IMG/VR virus record: IMGVR_UViG_3300029922_000001
Span: 372,001-436,000 of that record
DNA length: 64,000 nucleotides
Strand: one strand, 5' to 3'
The position numbers and the translations under genes are program-made. Under the pieces are notes generated by a model. The model was given only the letters and a program-made list of their open reading frames with translations, was not told the origin of the DNA and did no database searches. Positions within the stretch are counted from its first letter, which is position 1; each line of letters starts with the position of its first letter. This document shows, one piece after another, positions 1 to 10,354 of the stretch.

Positions 1-38
1 ACGGTAAGACTAAGGAAAAGAGCATTTTTGATTATGAA

Positions 39-473
39 ATGACTACCTTTAGAAAAGCTGATAGAGATTCATATTGGAGCTATTACGGTAGCGGTCCTGA
101 ATTTAGCGTTGATTTGGCAAAGAAGCTATTAGCTGATATTGACGCTGGCATTGATTGGGATGCTATGAAGGAAATTGAAGATGATGAAGAAAGCGTGTTC
201 AATGGAACTTTTGCAACAGATCATCCAAGTGTTCCTATTGTTAAGGGTGTTCTAATTCTAAAGAATGGATCTAAGTATCCTTGGGTTGCTAATCTTAATA
301 TTAATTTGAGCGGACTAGCTAAGGTATTGGCATTCATGAAGAAATGGGAAAACAAGACAGACGAAGAAATTACAGAAGCACTCAAAATGAAACTAGAAGA
401 CGCTTTAACCTCTAGGGATTACGAATTCCGTCACAAGATGCAATCGAATCCTTTTGCTAAAAATACATATTAA
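39..473 (+). CDS. hypothetical protein
   Basis: 144-aa ORF in track; no recognisable motif. Confidence 0.7.
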   Translation: MTTFRKADRDSYWSYYGSGPEFSVDLAKKLLADIDAGIDWDAMKEIEDDEESVFNGTFATDHPSVPIVKGVLILKNGSKYPWVANLNINLSGLAKVLAFMKKWENKTDEEITEALKMKLEDALTSRDYEFRHKMQSNPFAKNTY

Positions 474-475
474 AC

Positions 476-913
476 ATGAAACAAGTACCTGATTATATTC
501 AAATTAAAAGAATCTATATTCGTTCTGCTTCTGCTGGTGTATTCAATAGACTAGCAGAATTGACTGAAGATGGTGGTTCTATGATTGATTGGCTGAATGG
601 CGCAAGAAATGGTTGTAAGAACTATATTAGTTACATGGCAATAGATACAAGGGTCAATAAAATCGTTGGCTGGGTTTGTGTAACTTCTATTTCTGATTGG
701 CATCTTTATAATGGGGAAAATAAAATTGGAACTTTCATTGATCGTGATTACCGAAGACGAGGAATTGGTTCTGCATTGGTTAGACAAGTTCAGACTAAAG
801 AAAAGAGTTTTATTTATTGGAAAGGTGAATACGATGCAAGAAATTTTTATAAGGAAAACGTGCCTAATTCAATATATTACAACAACCTATGGAATCAGGT
901 AAATCCCCAATAA
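476..913 (+). CDS. GNAT-family acetyltransferase (paralog 1)
   Basis: Acetyl-CoA motif A: IGTFIDRDYRRRGIGSALV. Confidence 0.85.
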   Translation: MKQVPDYIQIKRIYIRSASAGVFNRLAELTEDGGSMIDWLNGARNGCKNYISYMAIDTRVNKIVGWVCVTSISDWHLYNGENKIGTFIDRDYRRRGIGSALVRQVQTKEKSFIYWKGEYDARNFYKENVPNSIYYNNLWNQVNPQ

Positions 914-1096
914 GGGATTTCGAGGTATATTCTATTTATGAATGGAACCTGATGGTAATCACTATTTTAAGAATTGGTACAAGCTAACTGATAAAGGTGC
1001 TGCTATTGTATCACATTGGCTTGATCTAAAATATGATGCTAACCATATTAATTGCGGTCATCTACCTTCAAAATTAGTTCCTTTCGGATGGTTGGC

Positions 1097-1306
1097 ATGA
1101 AGTCTAAACCAATTAAAAAAGAAAAGTACATTCCAGTAATAAAGCAATGCGCTGACTGTGGTGTTGATGTAGAATTTACAGAGTATCAATTGATGTCTAG
1201 TGCAATCATGGATGATGAAACAATGTGCAATAAGTGCAGAGATGAATGGCGTATTAAAACTGGTTGGACTCCAGGCTCAACACGATATCGAAGAAAAGGT
1301 CAATAA
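1097..1306 (+). CDS. small Zn-ribbon protein
   Basis: CADC...CNKC; ATG at 1097 preferred to the track start. Confidence 0.55.
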   Translation: MKSKPIKKEKYIPVIKQCADCGVDVEFTEYQLMSSAIMDDETMCNKCRDEWRIKTGWTPGSTRYRRKGQ

Positions 1307-1488
1307 TGAACAAGAAAATCACACTTAGACAATTGACGGAAAAATATCCAGAATATCTGGATGTTCCTATTTTTATTTATAAACGGGAAGGGACACCTTA
1401 TGGTTATATAAAAGTAAATGATTTATCTATTAGATTTAATGATGATATTAACGATAAATATATTAAAGGAATTGTTATTTCCGTATAA
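1306..1488 (+). CDS. hypothetical protein
   Basis: ATG overlaps upstream stop (TAATG). Confidence 0.55.
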   Translation: MNKKITLRQLTEKYPEYLDVPIFIYKREGTPYGYIKVNDLSIRFNDDINDKYIKGIVISV

Positions 1489-1524
1489 ATCCCCAATAGG
1501 GGGAATTAAGGTATACTTACGACC

Positions 1525-1854
1525 ATGAATTGGCAAGAAAAATTTCAAAAACTGTCTAGTATAAAAATCATCAATGATAAGTTGTGGTTCTCAATTATGT
1601 GGAGCGATTTCACCAAATGTTGGTATGTATCCAATAACCCTACTATTGATCTATTTGTTGAAATGGATGGTGGCATTGTTACTTTTGCTTGCCACGAAAA
1701 AGCTATTGAAGATGCTGTAAATAAATATTGGGACATTTTCACAACTCATGAAGTCACTGTAGAGTGGCGTAATCCATCAAGTAAGAAAACACACCATATG
1801 GGTGAAATCAACTATATTAATAATGAATTTGTCGTTACAAGAAGAGGTAAATAA
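1525..1854 (+). CDS. hypothetical protein
   Basis: Leaderless start behind class-B promoter. Confidence 0.75.
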   Translation: MNWQEKFQKLSSIKIINDKLWFSIMWSDFTKCWYVSNNPTIDLFVEMDGGIVTFACHEKAIEDAVNKYWDIFTTHEVTVEWRNPSSKKTHHMGEINYINNEFVVTRRGK

Positions 1855-2288
1855 TGCAAGTTGCTCCTGATTATATCGTTATCAAAAGAATGTATGCTGA
1901 AACAATGGCTAATAACATCTATGATAAACTACTTACTCTTACAAATTACTATGGCACTATGGCTGAATGGCTCATACAGGCACGTAAAGGTGGGAAAGAC
2001 TATATTATCTATGTTGCCTTTGATAAGCGTCAGAATCAACCTGTAGGCTGGATTATGTCTACTAATATTCCTGATTCTCATTTGTATAATGGTGAAAATA
2101 AGATTGGAACTTATGTCAATGAATATTATCGAAGACAGGGTATTGGAGCTAAACTAGTAGAAGCAATGAAAAAGGTTAATCAAGAGTTTCTTTTCTGGAG
2201 AGGTAACAATCAAGCTGACAGTTTTTATGGTGCAACTATTCAGAAATCCACTGAATTTAATTATAGTTGGTCTAAGGTGAATGGTTAA
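1854..2288 (+). CDS. GNAT-family acetyltransferase (paralog 2)
   Basis: IGTYVNEYYRRQGIGAKLV; N-terminus PDYIVIKR shared with paralogs 1 and 3. Confidence 0.85.
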   Translation: MQVAPDYIVIKRMYAETMANNIYDKLLTLTNYYGTMAEWLIQARKGGKDYIIYVAFDKRQNQPVGWIMSTNIPDSHLYNGENKIGTYVNEYYRRQGIGAKLVEAMKKVNQEFLFWRGNNQADSFYGATIQKSTEFNYSWSKVNG

Positions 2289-2490
2289 TATGGAAGATTT
2301 TACACCTGATCAAATAAGAAGATTGTCAAACATTATGAGCGATTTGGCTATTTCAGCAAGACAAATGCAAGATGATAGCACCGATGATTTTGCTAAAGGT
2401 TATCAAGCTTGTGCTGATTTTGCGAATAGACGATTGGCAAAACTAAATTCTGAATTAGACAGTCTTAAAGATTTACTTGGCGTCTCATAA
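2281..2490 (+). CDS. hypothetical protein
   Basis: 69-aa ORF, coupled to upstream gene. Confidence 0.6.
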   Translation: MVNMEDFTPDQIRRLSNIMSDLAISARQMQDDSTDDFAKGYQACADFANRRLAKLNSELDSLKDLLGVS

Positions 2491-2526
2491 ATCCCCAACA
2501 TACAAAAAATAGGTATACTATCATTC

Positions 2527-2973
2527 ATGGCACAAAAGGCACCAGATTATATTAAGATTAAACGCATGTACATCAATCAGATTTCACAAAATCGAAAGTT
2601 GGAATATACACTACTCAGTTTGACGCATGGACCCTGTGCATCTATGCATCAATGGTATACCGCTCTAAAGCGAAATAAGAGTGATAATTACATTATCTAT
2701 GTTGCATTTGATACAAGAATTAATGAAGCGGTTGGTTGGTCTATGGTATCAGATGTTTCTGATGACTGGCTTAGTAATGGACAGAAGAAGATTGGAACCT
2801 ATGTTGGTATTCTGTATCGGCGTCAGGGTATTGGTGCAAGACTTGTTAAGGCTGTTAAGCGAATTGATAAGGATTGGGTTTTTTTCAAATACAATCAAGG
2901 TGCTAAGGCTTTTTATGCTGATACCATTAAGAAGTCTACTGATTACAATTACGCTTGGGGAGCAGTGAAATAA
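2527..2973 (+). CDS. GNAT-family acetyltransferase (paralog 3)
   Basis: IGTYVGILYRRQGIGARLV; leaderless behind class-B promoter. Confidence 0.85.
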   Translation: MAQKAPDYIKIKRMYINQISQNRKLEYTLLSLTHGPCASMHQWYTALKRNKSDNYIIYVAFDTRINEAVGWSMVSDVSDDWLSNGQKKIGTYVGILYRRQGIGARLVKAVKRIDKDWVFFKYNQGAKAFYADTIKKSTDYNYAWGAVK

Positions 2974-3007
2974 TCCCCAATGTGGGATTATGAGGTATAC
3001 TAAAAAC

Positions 3008-3307
3008 ATGGCTAAAATTCCACTACAAACATGGCATGAATTTTTCTCAACTGAGTCAGTTGAACGTAAAGAATTTATTAGAGGATTGATTCACAATCGT
3101 ATGGAATATGTTTTTCATCGAATTTTTAAGAATGCTACTTTTTATTTTGCAGATGCTGAAGAAGGTGAAATGGGCACATTTGAAAATTACTTAATGAAAC
3201 ATGATACGCAAATTGATTATATGTATGAACTTTTTTGTCTAGATATTGCTCCAGGTAAATCATTTACTAGCTTTTTTTATGTTTCAGATATTGTGGAGGT
3301 TGAATAA
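3008..3307 (+). CDS. hypothetical protein
   Basis: ATG 6 nt after TATACT; the track start lies inside the promoter. Confidence 0.75.
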   Translation: MAKIPLQTWHEFFSTESVERKEFIRGLIHNRMEYVFHRIFKNATFYFADAEEGEMGTFENYLMKHDTQIDYMYELFCLDIAPGKSFTSFFYVSDIVEVE

Positions 3308-3501
3308 TGATTTGGTTGGTTCTTTTTATAATAGCAACTGCGGTTGGTTTGGGGTTTGGTGGTTGGCTGATATTGCGTGGACATATTTTGATGATGTATC
3401 TATTTAGTAAGATAGGTATACCAAAAACTAAAATACTGATTGCACTCGTATCACTATTATGGGTGTTTGGATATTCCTTACTAGCAACACAGGTAAAATA
3501 A
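3307..3501 (+). CDS. small membrane protein
   Basis: Two hydrophobic segments. Confidence 0.6.
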   Translation: MIWLVLFIIATAVGLGFGGWLILRGHILMMYLFSKIGIPKTKILIALVSLLWVFGYSLLATQVK

Positions 3502-3671
3502 TTATGATTACATTAAAACCAGGCGATGAATATATTATTTTTGGTGTCTTAACTGCTGAAGTGCAAGGTATCCATTCTGTTAGTGATAATTTTACTGAAG
3601 AACAATGGTCTAGAGCAGAAGAATTACGTGCAGAATTGCAATCTATTGTGGATTCTAAGGTAGAATAAGAT

Positions 3672-4034
3672 ATGATTATTCCGATTGTAATTCTTATTAT
3701 AGGACTTATTGTTTGCTTTATAGATATAGAAAAATGTGAATATATCGTACTTGGTATTATGATTATTATGTTGGATATCGTATGGGGATTTATCCTATAT
3801 GGTCTGTCTGATATGAAACATATTGATTATGTTTTAACTAAAGACCAATACAAATATACCAAGTTTGATTCTTGTGTAGTATTTAATTTCCCACCTGATG
3901 TCTTTGTTACCAGTACAGATTATGCAATTTGTAATCATCCAGAAAAGGTAAAATTCTATAAAACGGTTCACGTCAATTATTATAACCATGAATGGACTAG
4001 TTATCACGTGGAAGCATCAACTACGACAAAATAA
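3672..4034 (+). CDS. membrane protein (paralog of 4049-4483)
   Basis: N-terminal TM hairpin; shared QY.Y..F...VVF...S.DYA...NYY pattern. Confidence 0.7.
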   Translation: MIIPIVILIIGLIVCFIDIEKCEYIVLGIMIIMLDIVWGFILYGLSDMKHIDYVLTKDQYKYTKFDSCVVFNFPPDVFVTSTDYAICNHPEKVKFYKTVHVNYYNHEWTSYHVEASTTTK

Positions 4035-4048
4035 GGTATACTAAGAAT

Positions 4049-4483
4049 GTGATAATTGCTTGGATACTTTTGATTTTAGGTTTTATATGTATTGGTAATG
4101 GTTATCAAAAAGGCGAACTAGATGGTGCTATTGAAGCGGCATTCGGAATGATGATTATCTTTTTTGATGTACTATTGGGTTTTGGTGTTTATGGTTATTT
4201 TATCTATGCAGATAAAGAAACTGTATTTATTCCTGAAAACCAATTCGAATATCAAAGGTTTACCGATGGTGTAGTGTTTAAGATTAATGGAGCAGAACCA
4301 ATTTACAGTCATGACTATGCTGTTTATAAGTTTCCACAGGAATCTTTTATCACCAAAACCACTACTAAAAACTATTATCATGTTGTAACTGATGTCAAAT
4401 ATAATGTGATTCCACCTAAGATTAAAGACATCACTATACAACCAGGATTACAGTACGTAACACCTGACAACAAAGGAAACTAA
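4049..4483 (+). CDS. membrane protein (paralog of 3672-4034)
   Basis: GTG 6 nt after GGTATACT; TM hairpin. Confidence 0.7.
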   Translation: MIIAWILLILGFICIGNGYQKGELDGAIEAAFGMMIIFFDVLLGFGVYGYFIYADKETVFIPENQFEYQRFTDGVVFKINGAEPIYSHDYAVYKFPQESFITKTTTKNYYHVVTDVKYNVIPPKIKDITIQPGLQYVTPDNKGN

Positions 4484-4604
4484 CATGTTAATACATCATT
4501 ATAATAAACCATGATTAAAGATATTAAATCACAAGTTGGAATATCTGTTGAAAATATTCATATCTGTGAAGATGATTTACAGAAAGAAGTGGTATAATCT
4601 AGTC

Positions 4605-5123
4605 ATGGAATATATCAAACTGGAAGACTGCCAACGTGGTAAAATATACCGTATTAAAGCAAGAAATTTTAGCATTGGTGTCTTCGATGGTCAACAAGGT
4701 TTTATTGGCGTTCGTAATAAATTTGATTATGAATTCTTGGCTACAGAATATCACTATGACGCTGGAGACGGAACCTGGGGAACAGCTAAACCTTTTGAAA
4801 TAGTAGGTGAAGTACCTTCTTGGATTGATCTTAAAGAAGAACTTGGTACTATTTGCACTAATTGTGGTAGACCATGTAAACACATTCCAGATCGTAAAGA
4901 ATGGGAGCATATTCCTTGGAAACAAGATACGAATCCCTTTGATTTACCTACAGATAATGAGGATGATGACGATTTAGTTCCGTTTGATTTTGGTGATTGT
5001 AAAGTTAGACCAGGATCTTTGGCTAATTCATATTTGTTTGATTTTATGTATGATTTAAAAGTGAATAAAGAGGAAAATAATGCCAAGATTATATCAGAGC
5101 AAAACACCACAACAATTAATTAA
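4605..5123 (+). CDS. hypothetical protein
   Basis: ATG 6 nt after TGGTATAAT; CTNC motif. Confidence 0.7.
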   Translation: MEYIKLEDCQRGKIYRIKARNFSIGVFDGQQGFIGVRNKFDYEFLATEYHYDAGDGTWGTAKPFEIVGEVPSWIDLKEELGTICTNCGRPCKHIPDRKEWEHIPWKQDTNPFDLPTDNEDDDDLVPFDFGDCKVRPGSLANSYLFDFMYDLKVNKEENNAKIISEQNTTTIN

Positions 5124-5295
5124 AGATGGTTCAGTTATGACCTATAAGGAATATCTAGAAGCCTGTTCGCGTCAATATCACATTAGGAAAGACCTTAAAG
5201 AATACGGTATTCAGCCAAAGAACTTTTCAGGTGTTAAGTTTGAAGAATTAATGGCGGCAATTAATGAACTAAAAGAGGCAACTAATGTGGTATAA
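5080..5295 (+). CDS. hypothetical protein (tandem paralog of 5285-5551)
   Basis: Shared KDLKEYG...KNF.G.K..E..AAI.ELKE. Confidence 0.65.
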   Translation: MPRLYQSKTPQQLIKDGSVMTYKEYLEACSRQYHIRKDLKEYGIQPKNFSGVKFEELMAAINELKEATNVV

Positions 5296-5551
5296 ACCAA
5301 TGTCAAACTATACTCAAAATGACCTAAAGAAAGCATACAATCAAGCTTATAAAGAAGTGCAAGCTTGTATGGTCACACCCGCAGAAGTGGAACGTCATGT
5401 TGAAAATATATTAACACAACAGCAAATTGATAAAGACCTTAAAGAATATGGTGTTGATCAAAAGAATTTTCCTGGCATAAAAATCATGGAAATTTTAGCG
5501 GCAATTGATGAACTAAAAGAAGTTTCGAATCAACAGGTTGTGGTACACTAA
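5285..5551 (+). CDS. hypothetical protein (tandem paralog of 5080-5295)
   Basis: Same C-terminal motif. Confidence 0.65.
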   Translation: MWYKPMSNYTQNDLKKAYNQAYKEVQACMVTPAEVERHVENILTQQQIDKDLKEYGVDQKNFPGIKIMEILAAIDELKEVSNQQVVVH

Positions 5552-5555
5552 TATC

Positions 5556-6014
5556 ATGAAAGAAGATCAATTGGCTCATATTAAAAAATTAGATAAAAAA
5601 CACACAAAATTATCTAATCAAATACATGATCTAATTGAATCTGCTTATAAAACAGTTAGCACATTAGAAGAAGCAAAATATCTTCTAGATCAATTGTCTT
5701 TGGTTCAATGCGGTGCGTGGCATAGGGTTCAATTACGCATTTGGATTAACGATTTTCCACAAGATTTTGAAAAGTTATCCAATAATCATATTCCTGTTAT
5801 TACTGATGATGAAATGATTAAACTCAAAAGGTTAGATAAACAGTGGAATAAAGTTTTTGATGATGCATATAATTTTCTAAAACCTATTGTTGAGGAAGCG
5901 ATGGCTGATGACAAATTAGGTCTAGAATTTTGTGAACAAACACTTAATATGGAAATTTGCGGATTCGAAAAATGTGAGATTCGCACAGCATTACGTAAGA
6001 AGAACTTAATATAA
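5556..6014 (+). CDS. hypothetical protein with internal duplicated domain; related to 11646-11858
   Basis: Two (Q/M)L..(I/L)K(K/R)LDK units; ATG 6 nt after GGTACACT. Confidence 0.65.
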   Translation: MKEDQLAHIKKLDKKHTKLSNQIHDLIESAYKTVSTLEEAKYLLDQLSLVQCGAWHRVQLRIWINDFPQDFEKLSNNHIPVITDDEMIKLKRLDKQWNKVFDDAYNFLKPIVEEAMADDKLGLEFCEQTLNMEICGFEKCEIRTALRKKNLI

Positions 6015-6114
6015 GGTATACTAACAAAATGAGGAAATGCCCAAATAACAAAATTCACTTTACTAAGGCATGGTTTCTAAATCCCCAATGTTCAATTTTA
6101 AGGTATAATAAAAC

Positions 6115-6594
6115 ATGAAGCAAAGTCTAGAAGAACAGGCGAAATCACTCCGAAGTGAATTAGCTAAAATCGAAGAAGAACAGAGATATCAACAATTTCC
6201 ATTATTGTATGATTACTTAAAACAAAATGGATTTAATTTTTTTGGTAATTTTGCTGATAAGATTGTTAATGAAAATTTTTCTATTATGATTAAGTTTTAT
6301 GCCTACACAATTGAAGCTTGTTTTCAGGATCGTAAAAACAAAAATTACGAAATTTATCCACTTATTTTTGCTTACGAAAAAAATGAATCTGCTAATCAAG
6401 AATTAGAAGCTATTGAAAATCTCAAGAAGTTAACACTGCCAATTAAGTATAAAATGTATTTTGATCATGATGTAGAATTTTATTACAATTCTCTTAATAT
6501 GGAAGATGCTAAGGAATCCTATCAGGAAGTGGTTAACTACATGAAAGCAAATGATTTCAAAATCACTATTCACAAAGTGTTGTCAACTGATTAA
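6115..6594 (+). CDS. hypothetical protein
   Basis: Behind class-B promoter (TATAAT variant). Confidence 0.75.
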   Translation: MKQSLEEQAKSLRSELAKIEEEQRYQQFPLLYDYLKQNGFNFFGNFADKIVNENFSIMIKFYAYTIEACFQDRKNKNYEIYPLIFAYEKNESANQELEAIENLKKLTLPIKYKMYFDHDVEFYYNSLNMEDAKESYQEVVNYMKANDFKITIHKVLSTD

Positions 6595-6614
6595 TTTCAG
6601 GTATACTAACGACA

Positions 6615-7436
6615 ATGAAACTCGAAGATTATGTAAAAGATAATATTGCTAGATATCCTGGTCTATATGTCGGATTTGATTATGAAATATCTAGATTGCA
6701 CGTTCTTGATCATACTTTTTTAGTACTCGGTAATGGCATGGAATGGGCTGAAACTGGCGATTCTAAAACTGGTGGTTATATGGTTCACCCAAAGAGTGTT
6801 AAGCGTAAAGGTGAATGGACTAGAGTAAAAGACAAGCCATATGGTAAGGAAAAATATACAGGTCCTGATATTGATAGGTTTTTTACCGATGACTGGATTG
6901 AGGTAAACATTCTTGATCCTAAAAATTTTGATTTACTTCATACTGTTTATAATGCCCAACCAGTATGGGAGGGTTTTCTTTCCGACTTGCCACAAGAACT
7001 CTTATCCGAATCTATTGAAAGAAATTACAGATATAAAGATGGCATATTTGTTCAAGACAATTCTGAGTTTCATATTAAAATTTTTGGTAAAAATGAGTTT
7101 CTATTCGCACCCGAACAATTGAATTTGGTTAACCCTAAGTATTTAATTGAAGTAGAAACCCATCGTGATTTTATTAAGCATCATGCAGGTAGTAGAAACT
7201 TTTTTGCACCTTATCCATTCTGTGAGAAATCTTGGGCATATGCTGAAATTGATCCTAAGTTGATTCAACCTGATTGGCGACAAGGGATGATTGATGTCAT
7301 GCAAGCATCTTTGGACTATTACAATAACACTCCATATGGTCATGAAAATATGGCTTATAATCAATATGCTCGTGATTTTTCAGAAAAGATTTCTGAGTAT
7401 TGTCAAAGGTGGCAAAACCGCAAAACAAATACTTAA
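6615..7436 (+). CDS. hypothetical protein
   Basis: 273 aa; ATG 7 nt after GGTATACT. Confidence 0.8.
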   Translation: MKLEDYVKDNIARYPGLYVGFDYEISRLHVLDHTFLVLGNGMEWAETGDSKTGGYMVHPKSVKRKGEWTRVKDKPYGKEKYTGPDIDRFFTDDWIEVNILDPKNFDLLHTVYNAQPVWEGFLSDLPQELLSESIERNYRYKDGIFVQDNSEFHIKIFGKNEFLFAPEQLNLVNPKYLIEVETHRDFIKHHAGSRNFFAPYPFCEKSWAYAEIDPKLIQPDWRQGMIDVMQASLDYYNNTPYGHENMAYNQYARDFSEKISEYCQRWQNRKTNT

Positions 7437-7768
7437 AGATTGGAGTTTAACACTTGAAGATGTACCTGAATTTGTTGATCTTGAATTTTCTAAAAGACGA
7501 TTTCCAGTATGTAAATCTTTCTTTAAGATGACTAGTAAGGAAAAGATGAATTCAATGAAGCCAAAACCAGAATTTGAAGAACTTGACAAGTACGGTGATG
7601 CTCTATGTAGAGGGTCTTATGAAAGAGCTAGAAAGATGCGTATTGGATTTCTTGAAGAAGCACTAACAACATTGAGGGCGATTAAATGACACCAGCCAAG
7701 TATTGAACTTACTACATTTTTAGAGAGTTTTAACACAAACTAGCCGGAATTGAGGTATAATAGCAGAT

Positions 7769-8074
7769 ATGAAAATAATTCACGTACTTAGTCTTCTAGT
7801 AAGTGTTATACTTATTACTCATGCTCTTGATAAAGCTGCATATAAACAGAATCAATCACAAGCTTTGTATTCGCAGGATAATGCTTTAAAGATGTATGTC
7901 GATCCAGATTTAAATGTTAATGATGCGGCTGTCAATCCCAAGAATTACCCCAATACTCAACTAGACGTTAATATGCATATTCCCGGTAAACAAGACACTG
8001 GCGAAAAAAACATTAGTGAAAAGGGTCCAACTAAGGTTGGGGATCGTAGTCCACGTAAAGATACAGGAAGTTAA
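7769..8074 (+). CDS. putative secreted protein
   Basis: Signal-peptide-like N-terminus. Confidence 0.6.
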   Translation: MKIIHVLSLLVSVILITHALDKAAYKQNQSQALYSQDNALKMYVDPDLNVNDAAVNPKNYPNTQLDVNMHIPGKQDTGEKNISEKGPTKVGDRSPRKDTGS

Positions 8075-8077
8075 AAT

Positions 8078-8512
8078 ATGGCGATTGTATTACTGGCTTT
8101 TGTTTTGGCACTCTTGATTGTTGTTGTACTTATTGCTTATAAGTCATATCAACAAAATCAAAAACTACTTGAAAAAGATAAGAAATTGACAGAGCAATTG
8201 GATAATTGCCAAACTTATCTTGTGGAAGGGAAATTCCATATTGGCGATATCTTAACTGCATGTTCAAATCATATGCTTGCTCCTAAAAAGGAAGAGGGTA
8301 TTAGAGAACTTGCAGAATACATGTTAGGAACAACTGTAGATATGGCTGAATTAGAATCATCTGTCGATAAAATCATTCCAGAATTGAATCATCAATTCCC
8401 TTGGATTAAGACAATTACTTTCGATGAATGCAATGAATCGAATTGGAAAGAATTTAGAGATAAATATGCCGAACAATATGGTGAATATCTCAACGTGAAT
8501 ATGGTATACTAG
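8078..8512 (+). CDS. membrane-anchored hypothetical protein
   Basis: N-terminal TM helix. Confidence 0.7.
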   Translation: MAIVLLAFVLALLIVVVLIAYKSYQQNQKLLEKDKKLTEQLDNCQTYLVEGKFHIGDILTACSNHMLAPKKEEGIRELAEYMLGTTVDMAELESSVDKIIPELNHQFPWIKTITFDECNESNWKEFRDKYAEQYGEYLNVNMVY

Positions 8513-8522
8513 GAAAGTAAAT

Positions 8523-9047
8523 ATGAAAAACTTCAAACTCACACTTCTCGCACTCTTTGCTGTTGTAGCAAGCGTTTTCGTCACTGGCTGTACATCTAAC
8601 TATAACGATGGTTATGGTAATGATGGTTATGCTTATCAGCAGCCCGTCTATGACTATAACGCCAATCCTGTCTATATTATGCAGGGTGGTTCATACGTCC
8701 GAATCTATTCTACTCCTGCTGTTGGAGTCTCCGTCTATTCTCGTAGTAGCAATGGTAGCTATGGTGTAAGTTCATCTTATACTGGTTATCGCACTCGTGT
8801 CGCACAAAGTACTACAATGGCTCGTTCTGCTGGTACTACAGGTCGTTCTTCAGGTTCCAGTTCTAGTAACGGTGGTTGGAGAGGCGGTAGTTCTTCTACT
8901 CGTAGTTCAACTCCTAGTTCAAGTGGCGGCGGTTGGCGTGGTGGTTCCTCTAGTTCTAGCTCAATGGGCGGCGGTTGGAGAGGTTCATCTAGCTCAGGTT
9001 CATCTAGTTCTAGCTCAGGTTCAAGTTCTAGGAGTGGTCGTAGATAA
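8523..9047 (+). CDS. lipoprotein with Gly/Ser/Arg low-complexity tail
   Basis: Lipobox VTGC; repeated GGWRG in the tail. Confidence 0.75.
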   Translation: MKNFKLTLLALFAVVASVFVTGCTSNYNDGYGNDGYAYQQPVYDYNANPVYIMQGGSYVRIYSTPAVGVSVYSRSSNGSYGVSSSYTGYRTRVAQSTTMARSAGTTGRSSGSSSSNGGWRGGSSSTRSSTPSSSGGGWRGGSSSSSSMGGGWRGSSSSGSSSSSSGSSSRSGRR

Positions 9048-9313
9048 TGAATTACGGCAACTTCACACTACCTCTAGGTAATAGTAACTACATTAGTGTA
9101 GAACTAACACCAGATAATAAGACTGTAACCTCAGACCTTCGTGTTGCATTCGTCAGAAATGACAATGACAACATCTGGAATGATGGAGTCAGCGTAATCG
9201 AATTCTTGGTTACTAATCTGTTTGAGCAAGGTATTGATGTTGTCGGTAATCCTGCAATCGTTGCAGCTATCGAAGAGACACTTAATAACCTTAACGGTTA
9301 CAGCTACGACTAA
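9047..9313 (+). CDS. hypothetical protein
   Basis: Coupled to upstream stop. Confidence 0.7.
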   Translation: MNYGNFTLPLGNSNYISVELTPDNKTVTSDLRVAFVRNDNDNIWNDGVSVIEFLVTNLFEQGIDVVGNPAIVAAIEETLNNLNGYSYD

Positions 9314-9365
9314 ATAAGATTGGGGTGGAAATCCCCAACACGCGAAAATCAGGTATACTCAAAAC

Positions 9366-9758
9366 ATGAACGAATTTAAAACAGGCACAAAAGTCTATTA
9401 TGCAACTCGAATTTGCGAACTTACAATTGATGCAGATAAACAAAGTATTAGTTTGCATGATGGCATTGGAATCACTGGTCTTCATATTTCGGCTTTAGAA
9501 CAGTGCCGTAATCTCACTCCATTTATTGAGCAAGTAGTTGAACTATTAAAGGGTTACAAATATCAAATGTCTGAATCCAATACACTTGATTGGAAAACAT
9601 CTTCAGTATTCAATCAGTTGGTACTTAATTTTATTGATACCTACACTAGTCTTTATGATGATGATGCAAGTGAAGCTTGGACACGTTTGTATGGCTATAA
9701 GAATCGACTATTGGCACTCAAACAAGAGTATGATCTTGAGGTAATGAAGCTAAGGTAG
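9366..9758 (+). CDS. hypothetical protein
   Basis: Leaderless behind class-B promoter. Confidence 0.75.
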   Translation: MNEFKTGTKVYYATRICELTIDADKQSISLHDGIGITGLHISALEQCRNLTPFIEQVVELLKGYKYQMSESNTLDWKTSSVFNQLVLNFIDTYTSLYDDDASEAWTRLYGYKNRLLALKQEYDLEVMKLR

Positions 9759-9806
9759 CTGAAGAAAGACGGTTGCTTAATCTTCCAATTGAGGTATAAT
9801 ACTATC

Positions 9807-10031
9807 ATGTTAGCTTGGTGTAGAAAGTGTCATAAAGACAGAGAAATAATTGATACAGGAGAATTCATTGAAGATAATGAGTTCTTCTGTAAAACTTGTC
9901 AAACTAAAATGGTTAGTAGTGATCTTACACAAGCATTATTGGATGAAGTAACCAGTTTAAGAAGTGATTTAGATGAACTTAAACAAGTAATAAATATACT
10001 TTTGCAACACTATACGAGTAGAGGATTTTAA
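9807..10031 (+). CDS. small Zn-ribbon protein
   Basis: CRKC...CKTC; TTGCTT-16-TATAAT promoter. Confidence 0.65.
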   Translation: MLAWCRKCHKDREIIDTGEFIEDNEFFCKTCQTKMVSSDLTQALLDEVTSLRSDLDELKQVINILLQHYTSRGF

Positions 10032-10033
10032 AC

Positions 10034-10318
10034 ATGAAAGAACTTAAAAAGGAAGATATTAAAAAATATTGGATTGAATATAATGGAGAATATCATTATT
10101 TTGTTGGTAAAATCCGAATAGCTAATATTTATTCTGTTGGTGATCTTTGGATTTGTGGCTGGAGTGGCTTTACAAATAGTTGTCTTTCTAGTTTATTAAA
10201 TAAAGAAATAACACATGGGTATCATAACGATTTAGAACATTTAAAACAATTGTGCGAAAAACAAATGGATGAATTCCTTAATGATATGTTTGCACAACGA
10301 AAAGTAAAATTCGATTAA
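10034..10318 (+). CDS. hypothetical protein
   Basis: ORF track. Confidence 0.65.
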   Translation: MKELKKEDIKKYWIEYNGEYHYFVGKIRIANIYSVGDLWICGWSGFTNSCLSSLLNKEITHGYHNDLEHLKQLCEKQMDEFLNDMFAQRKVKFD

Positions 10319-10354
10319 AATACCCAATGAGGGATTTCGAGGTATACTGCGATC

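Noticed and set aside
7291-7689. ORF as given in the track
   Set aside because: It overlaps the upstream gene by 146 nt and its true start is unclear. A shorter gene may be real, but I cannot place it.
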